From an uncultured delta proteobacterium (GTDB lineage Bacteria > Desulfobacterota > Desulfuromonadia > Geobacterales > DSM-12255), in contig CAWBBV010000012.1 of the NCBI GenBank assembly GCA_963787125.1, forward strand, positions 32,001-96,000: a DNA stretch of 64,000 nucleotides. Reading direction: 5' to 3'. Position 1 is the first letter of the stretch. Each line of letters begins with the position of its first letter. The notes under the pieces are model-generated. The model was not told the origin of the DNA, ran no database searches, and saw only the letters and a list, made by a program, of their open reading frames with translations. Shown piece after piece: positions 53,810 through 64,000 of this stretch. Both the position numbers and the translations under genes were made by a program.

Positions 53810-54793
53810 ATGAAGCTGAATATATTTACACTTTCTCTTGTTGCAGCTATTTTGGTTACGTTGAATGTTGATTCGTATGCCTCAAGGTCGGTAACTTTAT
53901 ATTCTGATGGTGCACAGGTTGAGCGGCGTGAGACTGCTAAAAAGGGGTATCTTGAGATTTACCTCCCCCCAGATGCACTACAGGACAGCTTGCGGATTGC
54001 TCCAGGCAGTGGTGCTGAGATCGTGCGAGTCGAGACAGCTATTCTCAAGCCTGCCAAGAGCATAGAAAAGGAGTTGACGCAGCTTTACGATCGGGAGGGG
54101 CTTCTAAATGACCGTTTGAAAGCTCTTGCTGTCCGCGAAGATATCTTTAAGGCTGCTGCTAAATCCCAAAGTGCCAAAGCGCCGCGGCGTACCAAAACAA
54201 ATCCTGAGCCTCTATCAGCAATTAAACAGGGGACAGACTATGCAATTACGCAACTTGAAGCGGTCTATTTTTCAAAGCGAAAGACTGAAAAGGAACTCGC
54301 TACGATTAACGTGCGGCGAACAAATATCAGTAAAGATGAACAGGCTGGCGGCACAGTAGCCAAAATATGGGTAACTCCTGCCGGTGGCTCTGTGACTGCT
54401 ACATGGCAACAGTCCGGCAGGAAATGGATACCGCACTATCAAATAAGAGTTGCTGATAATAACAGCGCAATATTGACGGTCATGGCGCCCGGTATCAGCA
54501 TTTCAAAGGGAGAGTCAGTCGAATTGGCACTTGCTTCGCTGCAGGCAGGGGATAAAACGACTAAATACAGGTACGAAGGCGAATGGGCTGTCTTGAAAAA
54601 AGAGCTGTTTACTGTTACAACCATGCCTGAAGCCAACGCTTCGCCCCAAACATTTACCTTTTCTTACCCCTCCACTGAAAACCTTCCGCCAGGTGATATC
54701 TCCTGCTATAAAGCTGGTGTATATATTGGTAAGGGTCGATTCAAAGGGGCATCGACAGGAAGAACAACAGAAATAATCTGTCATGGCATATAG
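53810..54793 (+). CDS. secreted hypothetical protein (DUF4140-like N-terminus)
   Basis: Signal peptide, VTLYSDGAQVER, coiled coil. Confidence 0.7.
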   Translation: MKLNIFTLSLVAAILVTLNVDSYASRSVTLYSDGAQVERRETAKKGYLEIYLPPDALQDSLRIAPGSGAEIVRVETAILKPAKSIEKELTQLYDREGLLNDRLKALAVREDIFKAAAKSQSAKAPRRTKTNPEPLSAIKQGTDYAITQLEAVYFSKRKTEKELATINVRRTNISKDEQAGGTVAKIWVTPAGGSVTATWQQSGRKWIPHYQIRVADNNSAILTVMAPGISISKGESVELALASLQAGDKTTKYRYEGEWAVLKKELFTVTTMPEANASPQTFTFSYPSTENLPPGDISCYKAGVYIGKGRFKGASTGRTTEIICHGI

Positions 54794-54825
54794 TTGGTTT
54801 ACTTGAATATTAACTGGAGCTTTTA

Positions 54826-56055
54826 ATGATTAGAACGCTTAATAACGTCATTTTTTCAATTCTTATGTTAGTTGTACTTTCAGGCTGCGGCAGCAGCTCA
54901 TCCTCTCCAACCATAACAACCATACCAAGCTCGGCAACAATTTTCTATGCTCATAATCTTGTCTTCAGAAACAGCACAACTCTTTCCACCGGCTATAATG
55001 GTTTCGGTCAATTGGCCAGTGGTAATCTTGATTATCGCACTGCTCTTGGGTATCTCTGGAAATACGATCCTTATAAAGGTTTCGCAACCGGTGGAGATCA
55101 TTCCGTTGCTTTTATGAATAACAGCACAGTCCGTTCCTGGGGTTATAACGGCTTTGGTCAACTTGGTGACAGCACAACAACATATAGCGTTATTCCGGTT
55201 AAAACTGTCGGAATAAGCGGTGTAAGGGCCGTAGCTGCAGGAGCTTATCACAGTTTAGCCTTAAATAAAGACGCAAACAATAACGATACTATCTGGGCCT
55301 GGGGTAGTAATGGTGCAGGCCAGTTAGGGATAGACTCGCTATTCATAGGGCTGGGGTATAGTGCCGTCCCCCGCAGGGTTAATGGTGGCGGAATTGTATT
55401 TTCAAATATCAGTTCCATTGCTGCAAACGGTTACAACTCTATGGCGCTTGCAGATGGGAAAGTCTGGGTCTGGGGTCTGAACGGCAGCGGTCAACTCGGA
55501 TTAAACCCTGCTGACACGGGTGCACTTGCTACTCCAATACCGGTATATATACCCACATCATTCAGGATATCAGGCATTGCTGCTGGAGGTGCTTTCAGTT
55601 ATGCATTTGACAAGGATGGAACTCTCTGGAGTTGGGGGTGTAATGATACAGGTCAGCTGGGTAACGGCTCGACCGTTTCAAGTTATTTACCAGTAAAGGT
55701 TATGACGTCTGCCGGAAATCCGTTGGCCAATGTTGTTCAGGTTGCTGCCGGTATTCAACACGGACTTGCCCGGCTCAGCGACGGCACTGTCTGGGCTTGG
55801 GGATTCAATTTTTTTGGACAACTTGGCAATAACGGTGCACTGGACTCCACTTATGCCGTTCAAGTCGTAATGGATACTGCAGGGACTAAAATGACTAACG
55901 CAACTGACATCAAGGCCTTCGGGTCATCATCAATGGCCCTGATAAACGGTGCCTGGTATGCATGGGGAAACAATTCTTTTGGTCAACTCGGGATTGGCCT
56001 TAATGGTACGCAAGCCACAATAGTCCCAATTCCCGTCAAGCTGCTGGGGTTTTAG
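54826..56055 (+). CDS. RCC1-repeat lipoprotein
   Basis: Lipobox LSGC; repeated WGxNxxGQLG. Confidence 0.9.
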   Translation: MIRTLNNVIFSILMLVVLSGCGSSSSSPTITTIPSSATIFYAHNLVFRNSTTLSTGYNGFGQLASGNLDYRTALGYLWKYDPYKGFATGGDHSVAFMNNSTVRSWGYNGFGQLGDSTTTYSVIPVKTVGISGVRAVAAGAYHSLALNKDANNNDTIWAWGSNGAGQLGIDSLFIGLGYSAVPRRVNGGGIVFSNISSIAANGYNSMALADGKVWVWGLNGSGQLGLNPADTGALATPIPVYIPTSFRISGIAAGGAFSYAFDKDGTLWSWGCNDTGQLGNGSTVSSYLPVKVMTSAGNPLANVVQVAAGIQHGLARLSDGTVWAWGFNFFGQLGNNGALDSTYAVQVVMDTAGTKMTNATDIKAFGSSSMALINGAWYAWGNNSFGQLGIGLNGTQATIVPIPVKLLGF

Positions 56056-56182
56056 TTGCTTGCCTTGGCAGTGATGACTTATGGCGAGACGGGGTGATAC
56101 CTTTACTGCTTGACTGTAAAGCCTTTATTAGTCTACTTTGTCAGATTGCAATATAAACTGAAACAGAGTCTGGAGATCCGTA

Positions 56183-57658
56183 GTGGAAGAGTTGAGTGAA
56201 CTGTTATTGCAGCGCAGAAGAAAAGTTGATGCCCTTTGGAGTGCCGGGATAAATCCTTATCCGAACGATTTTCGCCAGCAGCACACATCTGCTGATCTTT
56301 TAGCAGAATTCGGTGTACAGCAAGATATTCCCGAGAAGGCTGCAAACTTTATAGTCGCAGGCAGAATGATGGCTTGTCGTTCTTTTGGCAAAGCAGCCTT
56401 TATTCAACTACAAGACCGTAAGGGCAGGATGCAGCTGTATATACGCAAGGATGTCATCGGCGCTGAGGCTTTTGAAGTTTTTGAAAGCTTTGACATCGGC
56501 GACATTCTCGGAGCTTCAGGCTGGCCTTTCAGGACAAAAACCGGGGAACTCTCCCTTCATGTGACTGAAATCTCTCTTCTGACAAAATCTCTGCTTCCTC
56601 TTCCGGAAAAATTCCATGGGCTTACTGATGTTGAGACTCGCTACAGACAGCGTTATGTCGACCTGATTGTTAATCCGGAAGTACGTGAGGTATTCTTCAA
56701 GCGGGCAAAGATCGTCTCCCTTATTCGTGAATTCATGATTAAACGTGATTTCCTCGAAGTAGAGACGCCAATGATGCACCAGATCCCTGGTGGCGCTGCT
56801 GCCAGGCCATTTATTACCCACCACAACACGCTCGATATGGAGCTATATCTACGAATAGCACCGGAACTCTATCTGAAAAGACTCGTTGTCGGCGGGTTTG
56901 ACAGGGTTTTCGAGATTAATAGAAACTTCCGTAACGAAGGTATTTCCATTCGGCATAACCCCGAATTTACCATGATGGAGTTTTATCAGGCGTATGCGAC
57001 CTTTACTGACCTGATGGATTTCACCGAGGAGATGCTCTGTCATGTTGCTCAGGAACTGCTTGGGACTCTGGATTTTGACTATCAGGGGCAACCAATCAGC
57101 TTTAAACGTCCATGGAAGCGTCTGACGGTCAAAGAGGCGATTATTGAGTATGGCGGAGTTTCTGCGAAGACCGTCAATGATCGTGAGCTAGCACTTGTCT
57201 ATGCAAGAAGTATCGGTCTGGATTTCCCGGATAATGTGGGCTACGGCAAGCTGATTACTGAGATTTTTGAAGAGGTTGCAGAACCTAAGCTCATTCAGCC
57301 TACATTTATTACTTCGTATCCGACTGAAGTTTCGCCTCTCTCTCGCAAGAGTGACAGTGATCCGGAGTTTGTTGACCGGTTCGAATTCTTTTGTGCCGGT
57401 CGAGAGATGGCAAACGCCTTTTCCGAGCTTAATGATCCTGTTGACCAGAAAGAGCGTTTCCTTGCCCAGGTAGAAGCTAAAAATGGCGGCGATGAAGAGG
57501 CGCATTACATGGATGAAGACTATATCCGAGCTCTAGAGTATGGTCTCCCGCCGACTGCAGGTGAGGGGATCGGCATAGACAGACTTGTCATGCTCCTGAC
57601 AGACTCACCTTCAATTCGCGACGTCATACTCTTTCCGCAGTTGAGAAAAGAAAAATAA
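56183..57658 (+). CDS. lysS: lysyl-tRNA synthetase (class II)
   Basis: YLRIAPELYLK, FRNEG and GIGIDR motifs. Confidence 0.98.
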   Translation: MEELSELLLQRRRKVDALWSAGINPYPNDFRQQHTSADLLAEFGVQQDIPEKAANFIVAGRMMACRSFGKAAFIQLQDRKGRMQLYIRKDVIGAEAFEVFESFDIGDILGASGWPFRTKTGELSLHVTEISLLTKSLLPLPEKFHGLTDVETRYRQRYVDLIVNPEVREVFFKRAKIVSLIREFMIKRDFLEVETPMMHQIPGGAAARPFITHHNTLDMELYLRIAPELYLKRLVVGGFDRVFEINRNFRNEGISIRHNPEFTMMEFYQAYATFTDLMDFTEEMLCHVAQELLGTLDFDYQGQPISFKRPWKRLTVKEAIIEYGGVSAKTVNDRELALVYARSIGLDFPDNVGYGKLITEIFEEVAEPKLIQPTFITSYPTEVSPLSRKSDSDPEFVDRFEFFCAGREMANAFSELNDPVDQKERFLAQVEAKNGGDEEAHYMDEDYIRALEYGLPPTAGEGIGIDRLVMLLTDSPSIRDVILFPQLRKEK

Positions 57659-57677
57659 TTTCTATTCAGGTTTTTTA

Positions 57678-58958
57678 ATGCCCTATGAACTTTTCATAAG
57701 CCTCAGATATCTAAAGGCAAAACGCAGATCTGCATTCATTTCGATCATTACTTTGATCTCCACGGCCGGAGTTGCACTCGGGGTTATGGCGTTGATTATT
57801 GTTCTTGCGGTAATGACAGGTTTCGAACTCGACCTGAAAGAAAAGATCCTCGGCACCAATGCACATATTGTCGTTATGAAAAGCGGTAGTTCAATAGAAG
57901 ATTACGGCTCGCTGATGCAAAAACTCGCCAAATATGAAGGTGTGATTGCTGCGACACCCTTTATATATAATCAGGTTATGCTTGCATCGGGGAAGAATGT
58001 CTCCGGAGTCGTTCTTAGAGGTATCGACCCTGAATCTGATATGAAAGTGACCAATCTGCATAAGGCAATGATATCCGGTAAACTTTCAGCACTACTTCCA
58101 GAGCCTGGCAGCATTGCCTTGAGTAAAAGTTCTGAGCCAGAGCTTCCGGGTCTGATTATTGGTAAAGAGTTAGCCAGAAATCTCAATCTTTTTGTCGGGG
58201 ACAGAGTTAACGTCGTTTCTCCTATGGGTAACATTACTCCGCTAGGGATGATTCCCAAGATGAAAGGCTACCGTGTAGTCGGGATATTCAATACCGGAAT
58301 GTTTGAGTATGATTCAACACTAGCCTATGTCTGGATCAAGGATGCTCAGAGCTTTCTCGGGCTTGGTGATGCAGTAACCGGTATCCAGCTAAAGGTCAAA
58401 GATGTCTATGGTACTACTGCACTCTCAAAGCGAATAAATAGCGATCTTGGGTTATCGTATCACGCCAGAGACTGGATGCAGATGAACAAGAATATTCTCT
58501 TCGCACTGAAGACTGAGAAGGTTGTTATGTTTATCATTCTGACATTGATAGTTCTGGTCGCTGCTTTCGGCATAGCTTCCACGCTTTTTATGCTTGTTAT
58601 GGAAAAGACAAGAGATATTGCAATACTGAAATCCATGGGAGCTACCGGCCGAAGTATCATGAAAATATTCATTCTGGAAGGTCTGATAATTGGTCTTTCC
58701 GGAACCTTTGCCGGTGTTGCATCGGGACTGATAATCGCCAAAAACCTCGAAAGTATAGTCGGTTTCGTCCAGCGTGTTACCGGCTTTGAGCTTTTCAGTC
58801 GAGATGTTTATTATCTTGATAGATTTCCTTCTCATGTTGTAACTGCTGACGTTATCGTTATTTCCGTAACGGCTGTGGTTATCTCCTTTATAGCTACTCT
58901 TTACCCTGCCTGGCAGGCTTCGAGACTTCTGCCGTCAGAGGCGCTCAGATATGAGTAA
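57678..58958 (+). CDS. lolE: lipoprotein-releasing ABC permease LolC/E
   Basis: [27 protein letters not shown]. Confidence 0.92.
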   Translation: MPYELFISLRYLKAKRRSAFISIITLISTAGVALGVMALIIVLAVMTGFELDLKEKILGTNAHIVVMKSGSSIEDYGSLMQKLAKYEGVIAATPFIYNQVMLASGKNVSGVVLRGIDPESDMKVTNLHKAMISGKLSALLPEPGSIALSKSSEPELPGLIIGKELARNLNLFVGDRVNVVSPMGNITPLGMIPKMKGYRVVGIFNTGMFEYDSTLAYVWIKDAQSFLGLGDAVTGIQLKVKDVYGTTALSKRINSDLGLSYHARDWMQMNKNILFALKTEKVVMFIILTLIVLVAAFGIASTLFMLVMEKTRDIAILKSMGATGRSIMKIFILEGLIIGLSGTFAGVASGLIIAKNLESIVGFVQRVTGFELFSRDVYYLDRFPSHVVTADVIVISVTAVVISFIATLYPAWQASRLLPSEALRYE

Positions 58959-59634
58959 TGCTCTTTTGGAAGTTACGGATCTCTTTAAGTCCTATGGATC
59001 TGGATCGCAAAAAGTGGATGTTCTAAAAGGCGTATCCATTCAGCTAGGTAAGGGAGAGACTGTGGCGCTGCTTGGCGCATCAGGAGCAGGGAAGAGTACT
59101 TTGATGCATATTCTCGGTGCACTCGATCGCCCGACTTCTGGATCAGTACAATATGGTGGCGAGGATATATTTGCTAAAAGTGAAAGCCAGTTAGCCTTAT
59201 TCAGAAACATGACAATAGGGTTTGTTTTTCAATTCCATCATCTTCTGCCGGAGTTTACTGCTCTTGAGAATGTTATGATGCCTCTGTTTATAAACGGCGC
59301 ATCAAGAAGTGAGGCTTCTATAGCTGCCAAGTCAATTCTTGCTGAAGTTGGACTTGAACGGCGGATATCCCACAAGCCTGGCGAACTCTCTGGCGGTGAA
59401 CAGCAACGAGTTGCAGTTGCAAGAGCTCTTGTCATGAAACCTCAACTGCTGCTTGCTGATGAACCGACTGGAAATCTGGACATGAAAACCAGTGAGAGCA
59501 TCCATGATCTTTTTGAAGATCTTCATAGAAACAGGGGACTCTCCATTATGGTTGTTACACATAACGAGAGACTTGCAGCAAGAACGATGCGACAGATAAG
59601 AATGCAAGATGGAAAGGTTCAGGCTAAGGAGTGA
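58951..59634 (+). CDS. lolD: lipoprotein-releasing ABC ATPase
   Basis: [25 protein letters not shown]. Confidence 0.93.
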   Translation: MSNALLEVTDLFKSYGSGSQKVDVLKGVSIQLGKGETVALLGASGAGKSTLMHILGALDRPTSGSVQYGGEDIFAKSESQLALFRNMTIGFVFQFHHLLPEFTALENVMMPLFINGASRSEASIAAKSILAEVGLERRISHKPGELSGGEQQRVAVARALVMKPQLLLADEPTGNLDMKTSESIHDLFEDLHRNRGLSIMVVTHNERLAARTMRQIRMQDGKVQAKE

Positions 59635-61937
59635 TATTGTTTGCGCTAAGAACATTACTTTTATCTTTATGCTTTCTTTTTACAGCTACTACTGTTTTTG
59701 CAGTCCAGGATGAAATAGACGATGTCGTTATCAGTGGCAATCGGCGCATAGAGTCACCGGCTATAATGGCTGTCATAAAAATTAAATCCGGTAGCAAGTT
59801 TTTTGAAGAGAAAGTGGATGAGGATATTAAAGCAATCTTCAGTCTTGGCTTTTTTACCGATGTTAAAGCTGAAAGTAGATCATCTTTAAAAGGTATAGTC
59901 ATCACTTACGTAGTTACTGAAAAGCCGGTCGTTAGAGAAATACTTTTTGAAGGTAATAAGGCAATTAATAATGAAAAACTGAAAGAAGCGCTAGAGATAA
60001 AGCCCAATACGATTTTTTCAACCAAGGACCTTGTCAAGAGTATCAGTAAAATTAAAAAACTTTATGCCGATGATGGTTATTCTCAAGCTGAGATTGAAGC
60101 GGTAAAACTAAATACATCTCCATACGAACTTAAACTTACCCTCAAAATCAAAGAAGGTGACAAAATTCTTATCAAGGAGATAAAGTTCGAAGGTAATAGT
60201 GCCTTTGATGATTCCAAACTTAAGGGTATGATGGAGACAAAGCAGGATTGGTGGTTGGCATGGCTTACAGGTGCCGGTGTTTACAAAGAAGATATGTTGA
60301 AAAATGATATGCTTCTCATAACGGAGCATTATATGAACAACGGCTATATCAATTTCAAATTGTCTGAACCAAAAGTCGAGCTGACTCAAGACAAAAAAGC
60401 ACTGCTGGTTCAGATTGTTATGACTGAAGGTGACAAGTACAATATCGGTCAGATTGATTTCAGGGGAGAGCTCCTGGAAAGTAAGGAGGAGCTTGCTAAG
60501 CGCCTTAAAATAAAGACAGGTGATGTTTTTAGCAGAGCTGCTCTGCGCCAGGAAATCTTTTCACTCACGGATGTCTATGCCGATAAAGGTTACGCTTTTG
60601 CCAACGTTAATCCGCTCACTACTGTGAATATCGCAAAAAAAATGATAGATATAACTTTCGATTTTGAGAAGGGAGAGAAGGTTTATATCGACCGGATAAA
60701 CGTTACTGGCAATGCAAAAACACGAGACAAGGTCATACGTCGTGAAATGAGAGTTTCAGAAGGCGAACTTTACGGTGCAACTGCTTTGAAAAAGAGTAAA
60801 CAGAATCTTATGAACCTCGGATTTTTTGAAGAGGCGACAATTGCCACTTCAAAAGGGAAAGGTGACAATAAATTGAACCTTGATGTGAATGTCAAAGAAA
60901 AACCTACCGGTACATTCAGCATAGGTGGCGGCTATAGTTCTCTTGACGGTTTAGTCGGCCAGGGCTCGGTTCAGCAGTCCAATCTATTAGGTTACGGGTT
61001 GAAAAGTAATTTATCTGCTTCCATTGGCGGCAAGTCAAGTACCTACTCGCTCGGAGTTACTGACCCTTACTTCCTTGATACCAAATGGTCTCTTGGTACA
61101 GATTTATACAGATCCGAGAGGCAGTATATAGATTATACCAAACGAGCCACAGGTGGTGATATTAAGGCCGGATATGCGCTTTCGGATTCTTTGGGAACTT
61201 TCCTGCTTTACAAGCTAGAAAAGACTAATCTGCTTAAAAAATCGTTTGCCCTACAGGAATCGCAACGATTATACCCAGGGCTTGTAACGACAGATAACCC
61301 TACCGTAAGCTCTATAACGGCAAGTATAACCAGAAACACTACTGATTATCGTCTTGATCCATCATCAGGTATGACGAACAGCCTTTCGATAGAGTACGCT
61401 GGTCTTGGAGGTACAAGTCGTTACCTTCGCACCATAGCACAGACTGCGCAGTTTTTCCCTGTTGGCCTTGGAACCGTGTTTATGCTTCATGGAACTTTGG
61501 GGCATATTGCAGAAATGGGTGCCATTGTTCCTATTGATGATAAATTCTATCTTGGTGGGATTAGTACGTTAAGAGGTTTTTCAGGCCGAACGGTCAGCCC
61601 ATACGTTCTGATTCCGCAATACGATGCTGTCACTGGTGTTAAGTACGGTGAACAACGCGCTTACGTGGGTGGTGATACCGAAGTCGTCTTTAATGCCGAG
61701 TTTACCGTGCCCCTTTTGAAAGAGGCCGGTGTGAAGGGGGTACTTTTCTTTGATACAGGTAACTCCGTTGAAGGTATGAGCAATGCGTTTAAAGGCATGT
61801 TAAGCAGTTACGGCTTCGGTATTCGCTGGTTTTCACCCATTGGACCATTAAGACTTGAGTATGGTATCCCTTTGAATCCACGAGAGGGTATTGACAAAAG
61901 CGGTAAGTTGGAATTTTCTATAGGAAGTTTTTTCTAA
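59631..61937 (+). CDS. bamA: outer membrane assembly factor BamA
   Basis: POTRA repeats, LRGF, SPIGPL, C-terminal F. Confidence 0.96.
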   Translation: MILFALRTLLLSLCFLFTATTVFAVQDEIDDVVISGNRRIESPAIMAVIKIKSGSKFFEEKVDEDIKAIFSLGFFTDVKAESRSSLKGIVITYVVTEKPVVREILFEGNKAINNEKLKEALEIKPNTIFSTKDLVKSISKIKKLYADDGYSQAEIEAVKLNTSPYELKLTLKIKEGDKILIKEIKFEGNSAFDDSKLKGMMETKQDWWLAWLTGAGVYKEDMLKNDMLLITEHYMNNGYINFKLSEPKVELTQDKKALLVQIVMTEGDKYNIGQIDFRGELLESKEELAKRLKIKTGDVFSRAALRQEIFSLTDVYADKGYAFANVNPLTTVNIAKKMIDITFDFEKGEKVYIDRINVTGNAKTRDKVIRREMRVSEGELYGATALKKSKQNLMNLGFFEEATIATSKGKGDNKLNLDVNVKEKPTGTFSIGGGYSSLDGLVGQGSVQQSNLLGYGLKSNLSASIGGKSSTYSLGVTDPYFLDTKWSLGTDLYRSERQYIDYTKRATGGDIKAGYALSDSLGTFLLYKLEKTNLLKKSFALQESQRLYPGLVTTDNPTVSSITASITRNTTDYRLDPSSGMTNSLSIEYAGLGGTSRYLRTIAQTAQFFPVGLGTVFMLHGTLGHIAEMGAIVPIDDKFYLGGISTLRGFSGRTVSPYVLIPQYDAVTGVKYGEQRAYVGGDTEVVFNAEFTVPLLKEAGVKGVLFFDTGNSVEGMSNAFKGMLSSYGFGIRWFSPIGPLRLEYGIPLNPREGIDKSGKLEFSIGSFF

Positions 61938-61958
61938 TATATTTCGGAGGTTTTACTT

Positions 61959-62486
61959 ATGAACAGGTCATTTATTACAACATTTGTGCTGCTGCTCTCG
62001 TTTCTTTCTGTTCCTGCCTATGCAACTGAGTTAAAGCTCGGTACGGTTGATATGCAGAAAATTCTGATGTTGTCTGACGCTGGTAAGGATGCCAAGGAGC
62101 AGTTGGCGGTCAAGGCAGCAAAGTATGAAGCTGAAAAAAACCTGAAAGAAGAGGATCTCAAGAAGCTTAAAAGCGAACTCGAGAAACAGAGTGTTCTTCT
62201 TTCTGAAACTGCCAGGGCTGCAAAAGAAAAGGATTACCAGCAGAAATTGAAGGAATATCAGCGCTTTTTGAAAGATGCACAAGATGATCTTCAAGCAAAA
62301 AATGATGAATATACCAACAAGATTGTCGAAGAGATTGTTAAGGTGGTCCAGGAATTCGGTAAAAAAAGCGGGTTCACCTTCATCCTTGTGAAAAACGAAG
62401 GGATGATTTTTATGGATGACAAGATTGATCTTACTGACGAACTGCTCAAACAGTTCAATGCAGCCAGAAAAGCTGCTAAGAAATAG
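61959..62486 (+). CDS. skp: OmpH/Skp chaperone
   Basis: Signal peptide, coiled coil, DLTDE; lies between bamA and lpxD. Confidence 0.92.
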   Translation: MNRSFITTFVLLLSFLSVPAYATELKLGTVDMQKILMLSDAGKDAKEQLAVKAAKYEAEKNLKEEDLKKLKSELEKQSVLLSETARAAKEKDYQQKLKEYQRFLKDAQDDLQAKNDEYTNKIVEEIVKVVQEFGKKSGFTFILVKNEGMIFMDDKIDLTDELLKQFNAARKAAKK

Positions 62487-62498
62487 CGGAGAATCTTT

Positions 62499-63533
62499 AT
62501 GGAGATTACGCTTAGAGAGTTGGCTGCGCATATAGGTGGCAGGGTTATCGGTGATCCTGATGCCAGAGTTAGTGGTCTGGGTTCGCTCGATGATGCTATA
62601 GAGGGACAGATTACTTTTCTAGCTAACCCCAAATACGCTGAAAAGGTTTCAAAAACAGGTGCAACTGCGGTAATGCTTCCACCTGGTGCTGAAGGCTACG
62701 GCAGGAATATTATTGAAACAACAAACCCCTACCTTGCTTTTGCCAAGGTGCTTACACTTTTTTGTATCCCCCCGGTTATCCCTAAGGGAGTAATGGAAGG
62801 TGCTTATGTTAGTCTAACGGCTTGTCTTGGCACCGATATTACCATTCACCCGGGAGTCTATATTGCTGACAACGTAACTGTCGGCGCCCGTGCGATTATC
62901 CATCCTGGAGTTGTTATCTATGAAGGTGTCATCATTGGCGACGATGTCACGATTCACTCGAATGCAAGCATCAGAGAGCGTTGCCGAATAGGAAATCGTG
63001 TAATTATTCATAACGGTGCCGTGATCGGAAGTGATGGTTTTGGTTATGCTCCTGATGGTAAACGCTTCTTTAAGATTCCCCAGATCGGTATCGTAGTGCT
63101 TGAAGATGACGTCGAAATTGGAGCAAACACAACAATTGACCGTGCTGCGCTTGATGTAACCCTGATTCGTAAAGGAACCAAAATAGATAATCTTGTGCAG
63201 ATAGCACATAATTGTACCATCGGTGAAAATACGGCAATAGCTGCCCAGACTGGTATTGCCGGTAGTACCACGGTCGGCAATAATGTTACCGTTGGCGGGC
63301 AGGTCGGGATTGTAGGGCATCTGAAAATTGGTGACAATACCATGTTCGGGGCAAAGACCGGCGTTATGAGCGATATTGATCAACCGGGTGCTTTCAGTGG
63401 TTCACCGGCAATTCCTCATAAGGATTGGCTAAGGACATCGGCTGTATATGCTAAATTACCGGAGATGCGTAAAACTATTTCATCGCTGGAAAAAAGGCTG
63501 GCAGCGCTTGAAAAGTCTGCAGCTGTTGCATAA
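62499..63533 (+). CDS. lpxD: UDP-3-O-acylglucosamine N-acyltransferase
   Basis: Hexapeptide repeats, [16 protein letters not shown]. Confidence 0.96.
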   Translation: MEITLRELAAHIGGRVIGDPDARVSGLGSLDDAIEGQITFLANPKYAEKVSKTGATAVMLPPGAEGYGRNIIETTNPYLAFAKVLTLFCIPPVIPKGVMEGAYVSLTACLGTDITIHPGVYIADNVTVGARAIIHPGVVIYEGVIIGDDVTIHSNASIRERCRIGNRVIIHNGAVIGSDGFGYAPDGKRFFKIPQIGIVVLEDDVEIGANTTIDRAALDVTLIRKGTKIDNLVQIAHNCTIGENTAIAAQTGIAGSTTVGNNVTVGGQVGIVGHLKIGDNTMFGAKTGVMSDIDQPGAFSGSPAIPHKDWLRTSAVYAKLPEMRKTISSLEKRLAALEKSAAVA

Positions 63534-63551
63534 AAGTAATCGGGGGTATCA

Positions 63552-63995
63552 ATGTTGCTCGATATTAACGAAATAATGAAGATACTGCCACATCGGTATC
63601 CATTTCTGCTTGTTGACAGAGTAATAGAGTACGACCCGGGTAAAAGAATTGTCGGTATTAAAAATGTTACCATGAATGAACCTTTCTTTGAAGGCCACTT
63701 CCCTGGACATCCAGTGATGCCAGGAGTGCTCATTATTGAGGGTATGGCGCAGACAGGTGGCCTTCTTGTAGGGCTTGTCAAGGGCGATGAGACTAAAAAC
63801 AGAGTCTGCTATTTTGTGGCCGTGAATAATGCAAAATTCAGAAGACCGGTCAGACCCGGAGATCAGCTAAGGATTGAGATGGATGTTTTAAGTTGCAAAC
63901 GCGGAATATGGGCTTTTTCAGGTAAAGCATTTGTTGACGGCAAATTAGCTGCAGAGGCTGAACTGAAAGCAACTTTTGCAGGCAGCATATCTTAA
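63552..63995 (+). CDS. fabZ: 3-hydroxyacyl-ACP dehydratase
   Basis: [22 protein letters not shown]. Confidence 0.97.
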   Translation: MLLDINEIMKILPHRYPFLLVDRVIEYDPGKRIVGIKNVTMNEPFFEGHFPGHPVMPGVLIIEGMAQTGGLLVGLVKGDETKNRVCYFVAVNNAKFRRPVRPGDQLRIEMDVLSCKRGIWAFSGKAFVDGKLAAEAELKATFAGSIS

Positions 63996-64000
63996 AACCG

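Overview
Chromosomal window from a Geobacter-like deltaproteobacterium (inferred from gene content). Positions 1-7600 are the decaying tail of an integron-type cassette array with four attC-like sites and no intI in the window. Three different parasites are nested in it. (i) A group II intron lies in the attC R' core on the top strand. Its EBS1 (TAACGG) is complementary to the attC end CCGTTA, and its termini and catalytic core are non-canonical but appear to covary (5' TCGCG, 3' ...GGA, J2/3 TTA, domain V triad AAC). (ii) GGGGAC...GTCCCC palindromic elements follow two of the attC sites, one with an 8 x 19-bp tandem amplification. (iii) An IS110 element is inserted in one palindrome; its non-coding end holds a readable bridge-RNA target loop matching the insertion site. 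The rest is mostly housekeeping: glk, maeB, lnt-corC-dgkA-ybeY-HD, tig-clpP-clpX-lon, guaBA, mreD-mrdA-rodA, moeA, frameshifted prfB, lysS-lolCE-lolD-bamA-skp-lpxD-fabZ. Also present are a large secreted beta-propeller protein with a MITE at its 3' end, an ~8-kb integrase island in tRNA-Val carrying a four-gene IS21-like transposon, and a DUF6502-like gene with two DUF4382-like lipoprotein paralogues. All calls come from reading the sequence; no searches were run.
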